64,000 bases of DNA. It comes from Sphaerodactylus townsendi. Lineage: Eukaryota. Under the pieces are notes generated by a model. That model made no database searches and had not been told where the DNA came from. It worked only from the letters and a program-made list of their open reading frames with translations. A program made the position numbers and the translations under genes. Location of the stretch: contig NC_059429.1 in NCBI RefSeq assembly GCF_021028975.2, forward strand, positions 24,676,001-24,740,000, in the 5' to 3' direction. The first letter of the stretch is position 1. Each line of letters begins with the position of its first letter. Of this stretch, positions 13,288 through 26,684 are shown piece by piece.

Positions 13288-16200
13288 TCAAGTGTGGTAT
13301 TTTAGGATGATGGGAACTGCACAAGACAGAGAAGGAAGCATCCTGAAATATACATGAGGTGTAAACTGACCAACTTCATCCTCTGTTATCAAGACTTCTC
13401 CTCCATCACTGCAGCATCCTCTCCAAGGTCAATTCAGAGCACGTTCTGAAGCATATCTGGGGTGCTGTGTGGTTTCCGGGCTGTATGGCCGTGTTCTAGC
13501 AGCATTCTAGCTAGAACACGGCCATACAGCCCGGAAACCACACAGCACCCCAGTGATTCCGGCCGTGAAAGCCTTCGACAATACATTGAACTTAAGCATA
13601 TCGTTTGTGCCCATGATTAAGCAGTAGAACAGCATATCCTATAGCTATTCTGGACCTTTTGAGGTTTGGCACACCTGAGCATTCTCTGAAATGCTTCTAC
13701 AGCCAAAACATTATCAGTGCAATTTTATGCAGAGCTATATTCTGCGTAAGTCTACTGAAGGCTACATTGTCCCTCTCACCAATGGAGCTGGCTACTGGTA
13801 TACCAACGAAGGGGAGATCTTCTCACATGATCGACCTACATCCCACAACACCCCCACCCGTGGCCAGTCTCTTGGGCTACCTAAAGTGAAGCTACAGAGA
13901 ACTTCTGAAAAATTACACGGTCTATTTACTGCACCTGACAGAATATCCAGCAGTCACATCTGAGCTGAGGGCTCATTCCACCCTGACACAGTAAACAGAC
14001 CTAGTTACGATCTCCAAAATAGATTTGCATTCTTAATAGAGAACTGAGAGAAAAGATCACAGATGAAGCTCATGAATACTTGAATTCTGGGAGATATTCA
14101 TTCTCTCCTCAGCAGTATTCACTGACATTCCTTTCTTACACACCTCCACTTTGGCCCTCATTTAGCCTTTCCATCTGCCATGTATAATATATAAATATAT
14201 ATCAGAGCGCTAAATAGAATGGAAGTTGACACCAAGTAAGAAACACCTCAAGTCAAAAGTCTCGGACACAGCTGAAATCTATTTCTAGATGTGTCCCTTC
14301 CCTGCATTTTAACACAAACCAGTCATGAACCAACAGAAGCCAAATTCTGTTCCAGATACCACTAAATTCTTCAACCTATATAAATTATGCAAATTAAGGT
14401 TGAAACTCACTATTGAGGAAGTACAACTCACTGGGCTCCACTTGAAGAAATCTACATAGGATTATTATGTAAGAAGAGCTGCAAATCTGGCCAGTTTTGC
14501 ATAGTTTGGCTACAGCTGGTCACAGAAGATGACAAGTGGAAGATCACAGTGACCCTGAAACTAGAAAATTTCTAAAAAATGGTCAGCCCATGTATGCATG
14601 AATTTAAAAGGATCTCCGAACCCAAAACCCACAGTCCTCTAAGAATACAAGGATACGGTGGGCTAAAGGGCATTCTTTGGCAAACTCTAAACTAGCAAAC
14701 CTGCAAAAGATGGTGGAAGGCACATGATGCAGTCTTTATTGAACATTAAGTAAGGTCTGGGTGGGAGATCTCTTGGTAAGCTGCCTGTTCTTGCATTGAG
14801 TAGTGGGCAGGGTGGGGTTAACTAGATTGCCTCTGATGTTCCCCCTGACTCTAGGGACTCCCAATTGCCCAGTGGTACAGCAACCAGTGGTGCCAAAGAG
14901 CAAAAGTGAAAAGACTATGCAGGTTTCTTGAAGGTAGCAAAATCAAGGGTATCAACTTGAGCAGCATGAAGCTATTTGAGATCTGGGCTCTTCAAAGAAG
15001 CTACCCAACTCCGCAGAGAGCATAGCACCTTCAGTGTGATTTACTCACCAATAATCACTAGGAGAACTGCAACAGCAACCAGTGCCACAATGGCCTTCAT
15101 CTGCAGAAAGAAGCACAAAGAAATAATAGGGAAGTCATTCCTAAAATGGTCTTAGAATTCACTGAGCTGAAGAATCGTTATAACAGCTCTGTAAGGAAAG
15201 CCAATGTTACTTCCCCTGTTACTGCAGACAGGCAATGAAATTTGAAATGATAACCTCCTAGGTAATTCTGTCTAGGCCGAAAAAGATGGCACATGCAACA
15301 CAACCAGCTTGCGCACACACATGACATCAGCAAACTAATGTACCAAAGCACACCAGACTCAACTTGCCTCATCAGCACAGCACAGGGGAAGGAAGGGCTT
15401 CAGCCTTCCCTCCTGTGCAGTTTACCAGTGTGGAAAGGACCATGTGGCTGCATGTGTCATCAACGCATAATGTAAAGCTCCATAGCAGAGCAAACCAGTC
15501 CCTTCCCTGAGCCAATGCTGCTTGGGAAAATAGCATAGGAAGGAATCCTAATGCCCTCCCTCCCCCCAATTAGACCCTGGCCCACCTGGGAAGCGTAGTT
15601 TACCAATGCCCTGTGTGTCTACAAATCAGATCAGGGCAGTGACCTGACTTGCATCACAAGTACCATCTATTTGAGTCCTTAATCACATTTCAAGACAAGT
15701 AGTCAGGCTACCATGTCCCAAATACAAGTAGAGATACAGTTGGAAAAATGGAAACTAACTCCCACTTCACGATTATAATGGTAAAAGCTAGCAGAACTGA
15801 CCGAATAACACCAAACAGCATGATAATGTGAAGTTACAAAATAAGAGAACATGGGTGTGCAGTACAATTGGATAAGTTCAGATCTTCAGTCAACTATGAT
15901 GCTTCAAAGATGTACCATCTAGGAAGGTGATGGAGCTTGTCTTTAAGACAGTGACCAAATGAGCAAGGAAAACAGACTGCTCAGATTCAACCACATTGCA
16001 AAGAGCTGAACCTGGTCTCCAGGGGGAAAAATTCAGCCCATTTTAACTGCAATGCATGCAGAGGGGCACAGCAGCGTAACTTCTGAATGAGCAATAATAT
16101 GCTCCAAGTTCACTTGTGATAACATTGCCATAAATGACAGAGAAGGAATTCCCCTTTTGGTGTCTCACCTTGCAGCCACGCCACCACATCTGTCTTCGGA

Positions 16201-19200
16201 GCTGTTTAGATCGGTTGCTGAAAGCTGTCGCGTTGTCTGATAAGCTCTCTGCATTAGAAAAAGTGCAAACCAAAGAGAGACAGACAGTTAACATTCTGCA
16301 AATCCAGAAGCTTTCTGCAACTCTGTTCTGAATTTTAAAAAACAAACAAAAGTGAATCATAACATTTAGTTGCAGAACTGTGGTGAATTTCAGATGATCT
16401 TGTTCTCTAAGCAGGAACACAGCCAGATGCTATGGTTACATAAATGATCAACAGGTGCCACCTCAAGACTGTCCTAGAGCAATTCAACTTCTAGTGCACT
16501 GCTACATCAGTGTAACTTTGGTACTGGCATAGAGTGGAAAGGGGGCCAGAACTGGATGGCACCAGGGGAATGTTGGAGATGAGCAGAACTTAGTTTTGAA
16601 ACTTTGATCTTCATGCTTCTTTTCCCTACATCTCCCTCTGTTTTATGAAACTAAGAACTGATGGGACACTTATGACAAATCACTGTCAACCTCTCACAAC
16701 AGTAGGCAGATTGGGTCCAATGCTACTAGAATACAAATGGAAGTGAAGTAGGAAGTAGCGGGTCTCAAAAGGTGTGCTAAGATCCACCTTCACATGTTAC
16801 ACATGTTTTATACCACTCTAGTAGTGGTAGGAATTAGATGTGGCAGTAGCCCCTACCGCAGGTCCAAATCCATCTGATTCGTCACCTCTTGGCAAACAGC
16901 TACATGATGTAGCCTGTTTAAAACCACATATTAGAAATAAAGAGGTACCATCAGAGTGGGTGTGTACTCTAAAAGGCAAGCCAAGATTCAGTGTTTGAAA
17001 TACAATTGAACAGATCATGTAAAAAAGTGATCCATTTTCTTATTTTGTGCAATCCATACCTTACCTAGGAAGCTTTTGACAAGGATACATTGCACCATCA
17101 GAGCTGGGGGGGAAATTAGAATTCCTGCACTCTAGTAGGAAATTTTAAGATCATCAAGTTAAAGCAATATCCCAATGCATATGTTGAGGGGGGGGGGAGG
17201 GAGGATGGCAGCCATGCACGGAGAAGAGAGCTGCGAGCACTATACTAAATACTCATGGGTTGTGAATACTCAAGCATCTTTCAGAAAGAGAGGAGGAGGC
17301 CAAGAAGCTAAAATCCCTACCTGACTTATCCTGCAAGTCGTCCAGCCGCTCTCCCCTTTCTATCACCTTGGTGATGTTTTCTTGCATGACATCAATGACT
17401 TCATCAACTTGGTTCTGAACACTGGATGAAACAAAAACCATCATAAGTTTCCTGTCCCAAAAACGAATCATCAATGGTAGCAAACACTACAAGCAATTAA
17501 TACCTGTTCAAAGCATTTCAGAAGCAGGGCGGGTCACAGCAGTTCTGCAGTGCAATGGCATTCAACCCAAGTGTTCTTCAATTGAGACCACAGAACCACA
17601 TCTTATGGGTTGCAAGCCCTGTAAAGCCCCCATTTTTGATATTTATCAGAAGGCCTTGCTTCTAGTGCACATGTGTAGAGAGCAAGGGTGTTATGCCTCC
17701 TCCCTCTCTTTGGATGCATGCCAAGAAGAGTGGCAGGACAGCACAATGAAGTCATTCTGTGGAGGAAAGGATTCATCCATGTCTCCAATCCTTGGCTCGT
17801 TCTTTACTATTTTACAGCTGTCGGTGCCCATTTTGTGTTTGTGTGTTTCCTGTCCCTGGATTTCTTGGTCTGCTGGTCACAACCTTGAAGCTAATGAGGT
17901 CCCCCTGGCCCTGTGAGGTGACAATTCTATCTTGCTCATTGCTCTCTTCCTGTCATGTGACTCTGATGTCTTTCTGGATAGGCTCAGTGGATCTCATGTC
18001 CAAAGGGTCTTGAAAGGTTGAAGACCTGGTTTTGATGAGACATTCCCATGATCTGCACACTAATAATACATGCAACTGGCAAACCCACCACTAGAATCTC
18101 TCAACACACATCCAACTCCAAGGAATAATCATTCTTTTGGGATGTTTGCAGACAGGGGAATGGCATTCTCCTGGTTTGATGTTGTAATACAAGAAAAGCT
18201 CCAAATATTACAGGTGATTTCTTTAACTTTAAATTGGGCCAGGAATTCCCATCGCAAAGTCACTGTGGAACTCGACTGCTAAGAGTGGACTTGAATATAT
18301 AGCTGTTGCTCGGCACATACTGCACTCGCATTACAAAAACAGTGCAATCCTATGCACAGCTACTCCAGCCTAAGCTCAGGTCCAAAGACGAGACTCAAAA
18401 CGGAGAAAATTATGCACACGATTGCATTGCAAGCCTACAAAATTTAGTCATCCACAGAGATGTACCAACAGGCCAAAAAACAGCCTGGCCAGCATAATGG
18501 TTTCTCCCTAGTTGCTTTTACTGAAAGCTTCTTAAGGCAGCCCCTGCACTGGCCAACAACTGAGCAAAGGAGAGTGCTATTCAGCAAGTACATATTCCAC
18601 ATGCCAAAAGTTACACACTGTGTTTGCATTTACATAGCAACAATCAATGTTATTCTTTTCAAAGGAGAATCTCTCACTCTTTCCATATCACACCTTTTTT
18701 TTTACAATGATCAGAGAGAATGCAAATTATACTTTTCTTACACAATCTTTCCCTAGGTTCAGGCTCCATATAATAATCAGTTCTCTTTCTTCCCATTAGA
18801 ATTTGCTCTTCTTCAATATTTGGCACAGAGGAGAACTTGAGAATGTGACACAGAAATGGCCATGGAAACACAAGGGAAGAAAATGGGGTTCCTTAGGACA
18901 GGTATTTTACCTTCTGATCTCTGGAAGTAGCTGGTCAGTCCCGCTCCGAGATTCTGACCATTTTAAAAAGATGCTTTCATATCCAGGGTTTTCACCGTAA
19001 TAAGGACAATTAGAAATATTAAATTTAAAAGGGCAAAACCCAACATCCCCAAGGTTAACATGTTCAGTTGGGAGGGGAAATGCCAAGGCCTTTGGTAAAA
19101 ATTGTATCCTGCTCTTCTAAGCTCAGGGCTGTCTTTGTTACCTGCCTTGGGCCTCGAGGATGGGAATCTATAGTAGGGGGCTATAATAATCATAACCTAT

Positions 19201-22200
19201 TTCACAGGGCTGATGAGTGGATTACTCAGATGGGACTGCTCAGAAAATGCTCTGAAGTCTCAAACACATATTATACTAAGGACTGTTATTGCTAGACGTT
19301 TTCTAACAAATGATGGCCTAGTTCCCACTATTGTGGTAAACCTGAATTTGGGCTGCACACTGCAGGTGGGGATGATACAACTAAAAACAACAAGAAAATG
19401 CAGGCACATTGGAAAGATTTTAGGCAAGTCTTCTCTGTGAGGCATGTTTGGGTGCAGGGAACCATTTTTTATAGACTTGGTACAGTGCATTCATAGATTT
19501 CCCCACCTCAGTGAGAGTTAGACTGAAACATGTCTACAAAGACCTCCACCTTCCATGAACCAGTTTTATTCTACCACTTTTGGTAAAACTGAGAGCAGAT
19601 AAGAGAGATGGCAACTTATTCCCAACTTGCACCGATACTTTAAAAGCTCTAAATATTCATTATTTTTATGACTGAAAAGGGTGGGTAAATCAACTTCCTC
19701 CCATTTTAAAAGTAACCCCAGTTACAATATTTAAATCAAGAGTCAAATCCGTGGTAAGAAGGTTTAACACAGGGTGGAGTCTAACAAAGAAAAGAGTGAC
19801 AGCACACCATACTGTTGTACCTGATGAGGTACAACAGTAGTCATCAGCCACACAATGAGGACTGAAATTAATTCTCGGTGTCCAAATGACAGGAAGCTCT
19901 TTTGGTATTTGGGGTGTCTTCTTCCTGTTATTGTTGTAATGTTCTCTCTCCTGACTGAGGACAATTTAGTTCAAAAAAGGGTGTGGAGAGGAGGGATAAA
20001 CAAATCAGAAAGGAAAGTTCTGGCCCTCAAAGCACAGCCACCCTCACACTCCCAGTAACTTTCCAGGAGCTTCATATGAACAAAAGGTAACAAGGTTGGG
20101 TCCATCCAATGTTCACTTACTTTGATTAAAATTGAGTTCAACAATGCAATTTTGACTGCATCCAAGCCCTCATATATAAGCCAGTAGAGATATGCACGAA
20201 AAACATAAATATTCACTCTTCTAGCGCAATTAAATTGAATGCAAAGGTAGCCAGCAATACCGCATTACCCATGCTTAACACTGTACTGAATCTTTTTCCC
20301 TCAAGTAATGCGCCAGCTGAAATAAACTTGTATTTGACAGCTGAAGTAATAGTTCAGAACACAGCGACAAGCCTTTGGGTAGGAACTGCTATATACAGAG
20401 CCATCAATGTCTGTGCAAATACCTAGCAAAATATTAAGGTACAACCACAGAGAAGAGCGTGTGAGTAAGTCCTCTCCCCCTTCAAATGTATGACAAATGA
20501 CTCCAACCTACTGCACATGGCGTCACTGTCTGCATCTCTACTTACTGCTTCAGCCTGAGAACACGTTCTCTCATTTACATTTTGTTTTCCAAAAGAAGTC
20601 TATTTACTGGGAGTTAGCAGAAGGCTGTTCTGATCTTTTATTTCTGGATCTCTCTGCTGTCAGATTTCCAGGACAATTCATTTCAGGCAGGAACGCGAGT
20701 AAAAACAATAAGAATCCAGGCAAGTATCTCTCACCTGCACACTCTGCTCTCCTCGGTGGAGGGATCCTCGTCTCTTCATTATTTGATAAGATTTGCCAAG
20801 CGAAACATTCGCCAATGAACTAATAGTGTGGTACCTAATCAGGTACACTGGGTGTTGTCATTTATTTGGGTGCTGTCATTTATTTGATTGAAACACAACC
20901 AAACAAATATAGTTCTATCAGGCTGAGCACGGCATTGCCAATTTAAAAAGGTGACTAAGCAGGCCAACTCTTGACCTATGCAAACAACATCCTCTTTGCT
21001 ACAATGTAAGGATATAATTCCTCATGGCCAATTTACTTCCATCTCCTTTCACAATCCACCTACATGAAGCCTTTAGAAACTTAGAACTCCAGAGACTGCA
21101 CCATCCCCCAGATGACTACCAGGGATCCTTTGATCACAGTACAGCAGAAAGGACATCTTTATAACCTGATATCTGCTGTAAACAAAAGTCACCATTCAGG
21201 TGGGGAAAGGCAAAGATGACCACCTAGTAGTAAGCAACTTCTCAACATTCATGTAAAAATATATTATGAAGATGCTCAACAGGGTAACAGAAACAAGTTA
21301 TACCACATAGTCCCGTAATTGCACTCACTAAGAGAAAGGTTGAAGACCATTAGTTAGAAGAATTTAGAACAGGATTTGACAGAAATTCATACAGGATGGT
21401 CCACATCAACAGTATTAGAGAGGCATTATATACACCCAAGCATTAGTGGTACTCTGCCATAGCTAGCTTCCAAAGGCATCTGTTTGGCTGAAAACAATCT
21501 ATACATTAAAAGCACACAGCAGAAGAATGACCATGCAGGATTGTATATTCCACTAGCAGGTATTATGTCCAACCTAATAGTTTCAGGGCACTGACATTTC
21601 AGGCTCCACAACAGATTCTCAGATGTCAGGAAGAATGAATTACTTATTTTGGAGATAGATGTAGAGACACAGAGGAAAGAAAAAGTACACGTGAGATGTG
21701 GGTGAAGATTATTAGCCCTTGACAGTAAGTTTACTGTGGGACAGGTACATCAGCTTCCTGGATTCTAATAGGATGGCAGGACGCACTCTTCGAGCTCATG
21801 AAGGCACTTGCCTCAAAAGGTCTAGTCCAAACAAAGGCTGCACATAAGAGAAGCACCACACAAGAAGGATGATTTATTTCTTCAGGACCTTTTGCCCTGT
21901 ATAGTGTGAGAGAGACACCAAACCACCGTTGGTTTCAAGCAACCAAGCTGAGCTGGCCTTTGAGCGTGGGAAGGAGGTATCTTTCCCTCCGTTTGAAGGA
22001 TCTCGTTGCTAAGGATTTTACCAATCACTCAACCTTAAGGTTGTTAGCAGCAATTATTGCTAGACTTGTTTTGACGTCTTCCCTATTGTTTGGTACAGCT
22101 GCTAATCACTAGCCACATTTTAATTGCTTCCAATTTGTCAGCTGCCTGGATTCTATTACAGCGATTCAAAAGGGTCTCGTAAATCTGGGTATGGTGAGTG

Positions 22201-25200
22201 AAAGGGGCATCTGGTACCCAATAGCCCTTTTGAATACTGGCAGGGCCCATACCAAGCCCACACAAGGATTGCTGAACTTTCTAGTTTTCACCTCTCTTTG
22301 TCACAGTCTTTCCTTGACCTCAAGAAAGTTTACTCCCAGGGTCAGTGGACCAAAAGGGATAATAGCCATATAGGTCAGGATTTTGCTGTGAGGAAGAGGG
22401 AAAATGGATTCCTCTTATTTTTTCCATCATGCAAGAGAAATGGTTGGTCCTAAGACCTGAAAAGGCTGATAGGGCAAGAGTATAGCCCTATCATACTCTT
22501 ATACTCAAGAGTATAGCCCTATCATATCTACAGACATCAGCAACTGTTAGAGCCTTCTATTGTCAGATCACAAGATCCAAGCCATTAAGAACATGCACTT
22601 GGCCGTTCCATGATACAGTGCTCACTTTGTTGAAAATAGTATCAGATCTCTCAAGCCTTGGAAATTGAGCATCCAATGCTGTGAAACTGGAACTCTGTGG
22701 TGATTTTATATCAACTGGAAATATGTCAAGTGACCCAGTTCAAAATGCCACAAGATACTTACTGCCTGATCTTATCATTCTTGGGTCCAAACCTTGGACC
22801 TGAGGGACCTCTCCTGCAAAGAGATGACACACGACATAGGACTCGTCATTAGATTAAACTGAGGTGCATTTCTTATCTGTTTTAGAGAACATTATCTTAT
22901 GATTCAGAGACAAGACATCTGGACTTTGAAAATTCTGTACAAAGTAAGAATAGAACAAAATGAGCCAGCAGGAACAGCATTTCTCCCATCAGTCCACTGC
23001 CTCAGACACCTTAATTTTGCATTGAAAGTTTCACAGTAAAAGTTGCTGGCAGTGAATTTTGCCCAAATTCCAATGAATGTTGGAGACAAGTGCTTGATGC
23101 TGATTAGTAGGCAAGGTGTAAGGCTCTGCTACTCCAGTCAATCATGGAGACTCTAGATGGGTTCAAGAGCTTTATTGAACTGTGTCAGGATCCTTGCTGC
23201 AGAAAGCCAGAGCTAAGGAGCCTGGCTTCTGCAGCTACATTTATCTCTAACTTTCCTGCTTTCTCGGATTCCCCCCTCCCACCTTTCCCCATAATAAACC
23301 GAATAGAAAAAGAAGGAGGTGTGATCAGTATTGTTATCTGTCCCAAGTTTCAATGAGGAGCGATAGACTCATTCCGGACCTTTGGGGGGGCGGGGGGGAG
23401 AGCCAGGAATGAGGGAGGCATACTTCACTATGTTGCAAAGTGTAGCGATTAAGACAGAAAGGCCCATTAAGCATACACAGATGACAGCAAGTGCAGGTGT
23501 GACCTTGGCCCCAGCCAACCGAGACGGAAGCCAGGCCTGACACAAGATCGATATAGGATCCACAAAAGTTTTGGCACCAGGGCCTGAAGGATCACTCTGT
23601 AAAGACCCACCCCACTAGTTTTTGCTGTAGTCTGAGAGACACTTACAAGAAAAAATCCTCCTCTTCATCTGAGTCTTCCTCCAAGAGGTTTCTCTGCAAA
23701 TACAAATGTTTCGTAAATCTCAAACAAATTAATGTCACCTCATTACAACATTTCCCTGACACTATTACTTGCATAAATCCCCCCCCCCCCCCCCCCCCCC
23801 CCCAAGACAAGCGGATGAAAATGTTTTGCCTGGTAGGACAGTCAACCACCCCTTGGTCACATTATATGAAAAAGAAGGCAATATGCTCCATGAGGAAGAA
23901 TGACAACTGGGAGAGGGAACACCATCTCTTCTCCCCCATGAAGAGATACAAGGATTATGCTGGAGGTAGAGTCAGAGAAAAGTTTAGAGGCACAGTTTTG
24001 TTGAAGATGATCCTCCTCCCACTTAGAAAACTACAGCCTTAGAACTGCACCACTAAAAATAGGGGGGGGGGAGGCAGCATAATTTTGGAATCTCCGTTTT
24101 CACTTAATACACACGTGAATCAAAAGCATGGAGACACATTCTAGGGCAGGTTTGTAATATATTTCTTCATATCCTTTCCTATTCCTTTCTCACCAGCCAC
24201 TTAGTCAAGAATTATCATTACTTGCTCAATCAGCTTTTATGGAGGATCCAAATTAGGTTGCGGGTAACACTTGCATTCCAGTATCTCCTCTACCTTCCTT
24301 CAGACCTGACATGTGGAGTACCAAGTGGTCCAGTATGGAGAACAAGACTGCTACTGAATTTCACAGAAATACTGCCCCTTTAAATTTTCTTCCTTGCATT
24401 CCAGCTTAATTAATTATTTCCTTTTTCTCTCTGTTGCATCCAGAGCTGGGAGAAGTTCCAGCTAGAGCAGGGGTAGGGAACCTGCGGCTCTCCAGATGTT
24501 CAGGAACTACAATTCCCATCAGCCCCTACCAGCATGGCCAATTGGCCATACTGACAGAGGCTGATGGGAATTGTAGTTCCTGAACATCTGGAGAGCCTCA
24601 GGTTCCCTACCCCTGAGCTAGAGCATGCATCTCGCCTCAGTACCACTATAGGATAACATATTCAGTTAAACCTATTTTGTTTTTTCTAGTTTGGAATAGC
24701 AGTGGCTAGTAAAGCAAGTGCTGGATTTGGGAGAAATATAATGGGTGGCCCTAACCAAGATGCTGGGTACCAAAGGCCGAGCGAGGGGGAACTGCACCCG
24801 GGGCATGTGCGTGCCCTGCGCCCCGCTGCAGTGCCGTCCGCCCCTGCCCATTACGCCCTCTCCGTGGCCCGGCCACACTCCCTCCGCCCGAGGCATCGAA
24901 CCCCACCTGACTCTGTTGGCACTACGCCACTGCTGGGCACCCAGTCCATGGAGGCTTCCCTAAAGCGTGGGGAGCCTTGAAATGTGAAAAAGCCTCCCTG
25001 CTGACAGGAAGCTCCTACTGGGCTTAATGGACTTATGTCACCTTTTTGGTGGCATAAATCCTAAGCCTGGACCACTGGTGCAGTGGCAGAAATGGCCAGG
25101 AGATGTCAAATCTCTTCCCCGGCAGTCTCTTCGAAGTTCTCAGTCCCCCTTTTAGTTTAACCCATTCCCCTTCTAGTTTAACCCATTCAAACGGGGAAAA

Positions 25201-26525
25201 AAGGTTTCCCTTTAACAGTCCAGCCATGCAATGCTAACAGCCCCTTCAGCATAGTTACTGGTATGCAGAACGTACTGTGAGAAAATTTCTGTGAGGTATA
25301 TTTGGTTTGGGTATTTTTGTCAACAAAGACCGCAAGTTGCCTTTGGATGATTTTGGATTTAAAGTACATGCATGGCTGTGTAATGATTTCTAGACAAACT
25401 TTGAGAGCAGCAGTGTACTCTGCCACTTGCCTGGGCCAAAAGTATGGCTGACTGACCAAAAGATACCACTCCTCCTTCTCTCTTAGCCCTTTCAGCACTC
25501 TTCCCTAGAGAAGAGAGCATGTTACGCAACTACTGCACCAGTTCCTCTGGCCAGGAGCAGGGAGTTCAGAGCCAGGGAATTTAGCCCTGGGAGTTCTGTG
25601 GCATTCCTTCTGACAAACGGATAATCATTATTGGTGTATTGCAACCATGTGCATTGCCCTTCCATCCCTCTTCCTGTAGCAGTCTCATACTTGTATACTG
25701 TCTAAAAGCAGGCCAAGCATGTATCTTGTTAAACCACCTTGCTTGGGAATAATCTTCATGTCATCTTTATAATATTGAATTCTAACCTGCCTTCCAAAGT
25801 GATTAGGAAACAACAAACAGGAAGTACTTTAAACACTTACAGAAAAAACACATGTTATTGAACAATACATTCCAGGACACACGAATGAACAAAAGCAGCA
25901 GAGAAGTTTAGATTTACCCAGGTAAATACAGAAGTTTAGATTTACCCAGGTAAATCCTTGCAGGCATTCCAAGCACACAGGAATCTGTCAATCAAGCTTC
26001 ATTTACATCCTGCTCATTCCCTGGGATGCTCAAAGCAACTTATTCAGGACTACCAGACAACTTCGCAAGACCTGAACAGCTTTATCAACATGCTGGCTTT
26101 GATCTTTAAAAACCCCTGTACAACCTGAAACCAACATATCTTAAAGTGGCATAAAAATGTTTTATTGCCAGACCTGATATTCAGTATGCATAGCAGTGAA
26201 TATGAGGCTACGCTAATGCCCACCCCCTCCCCTTGCCCCTCCAGCCCAAAGTGAAACTGCTGCTGGACATAACAGTCTCCAAGGTCCAAGGATGAGATAA
26301 GCACACATTCCCACAGGCAGAAGCAAAGGGGGGAAAACCAGTTAGCAGAGTGCTCGCCAAGCAAGGTGCCAACATTTTCCAGGAGACATGGCAAGACTGC
26401 AGGGCAGGCCTTGACAGCTAGCTCATTTAAACCAGGCAAAGCAAGCTTCCACCACTCACCCTCTCGCTTTTCACTGATCCGGTAACGTCGTCATCATTGA
26501 GGTGGCGCTTGAATTTTGGAGGCAT
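13288..26525 (-). CDS. VAMP4: Vesicle-associated membrane protein 4, complete, 141 aa. Coding exons: 26525-26460, 23693-23647, 22813-22763, 17421-17321, 16248-16169, 15100-15049, 13316-13288
   Basis: Spliced translation: MPPKFKRHLNDDDVTGSVKSER/RNLLEEDSDEEEDFFL/RGPSGPRFGPKNDKIRH/VQNQVDEVIDVMQENITKVIERGERLDDLQDKS/ESLSDNATAFSNRSKQLRRQMWWRGCK/MKAIVALVAVAVLLVII/VPIILKYHT*. Exon lengths 66+47+51+101+80+52+29 = 426 nt, all GT-AG. R-SNARE motif, dileucine plus acidic cluster, and C-terminal TM helix are present. Confidence 0.97.
13457..13593. mobile_element. Penelope-like terminal fragment forming a perfect 44-bp hairpin, without the ribozyme core; VAMP4 intron 7
   Basis: 13457-13500 and 13510-13553 are exact reverse complements. 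Family tail ccggccgtgaaagccttcgacaatacat. TSD aagcatatc at 13449-13457 and 13594-13602. Confidence 0.8.
24468..24615. mobile_element. Palindromic hAT-type MITE
   Basis: Fold-back element with 8-bp TSD agctagag. Confidence 0.85.
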
Positions 26526-26635
26526 ATTTTCACAAAGCTGCTGCTTTTGTTTGCCCAGTGAGAAGAGGAAAGGAGAAGTCAGTACCTAGGACGACAAAAG
26601 GGGAAGAGATGCTGCTAAATAAATAAATAAATACA

Positions 26636-26640
26636 TGTGC

Positions 26641-26680
<40 letters not shown>
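26636..26680. repeat. Compound (GC)n(AC)n microsatellite next to the VAMP4 exon 2 acceptor
   Basis: tgtgcgcgtgcgcgcgcgcacacacac..., an alternating purine-pyrimidine tract. Confidence 0.9.
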
Positions 26681-26684
<4 letters not shown>

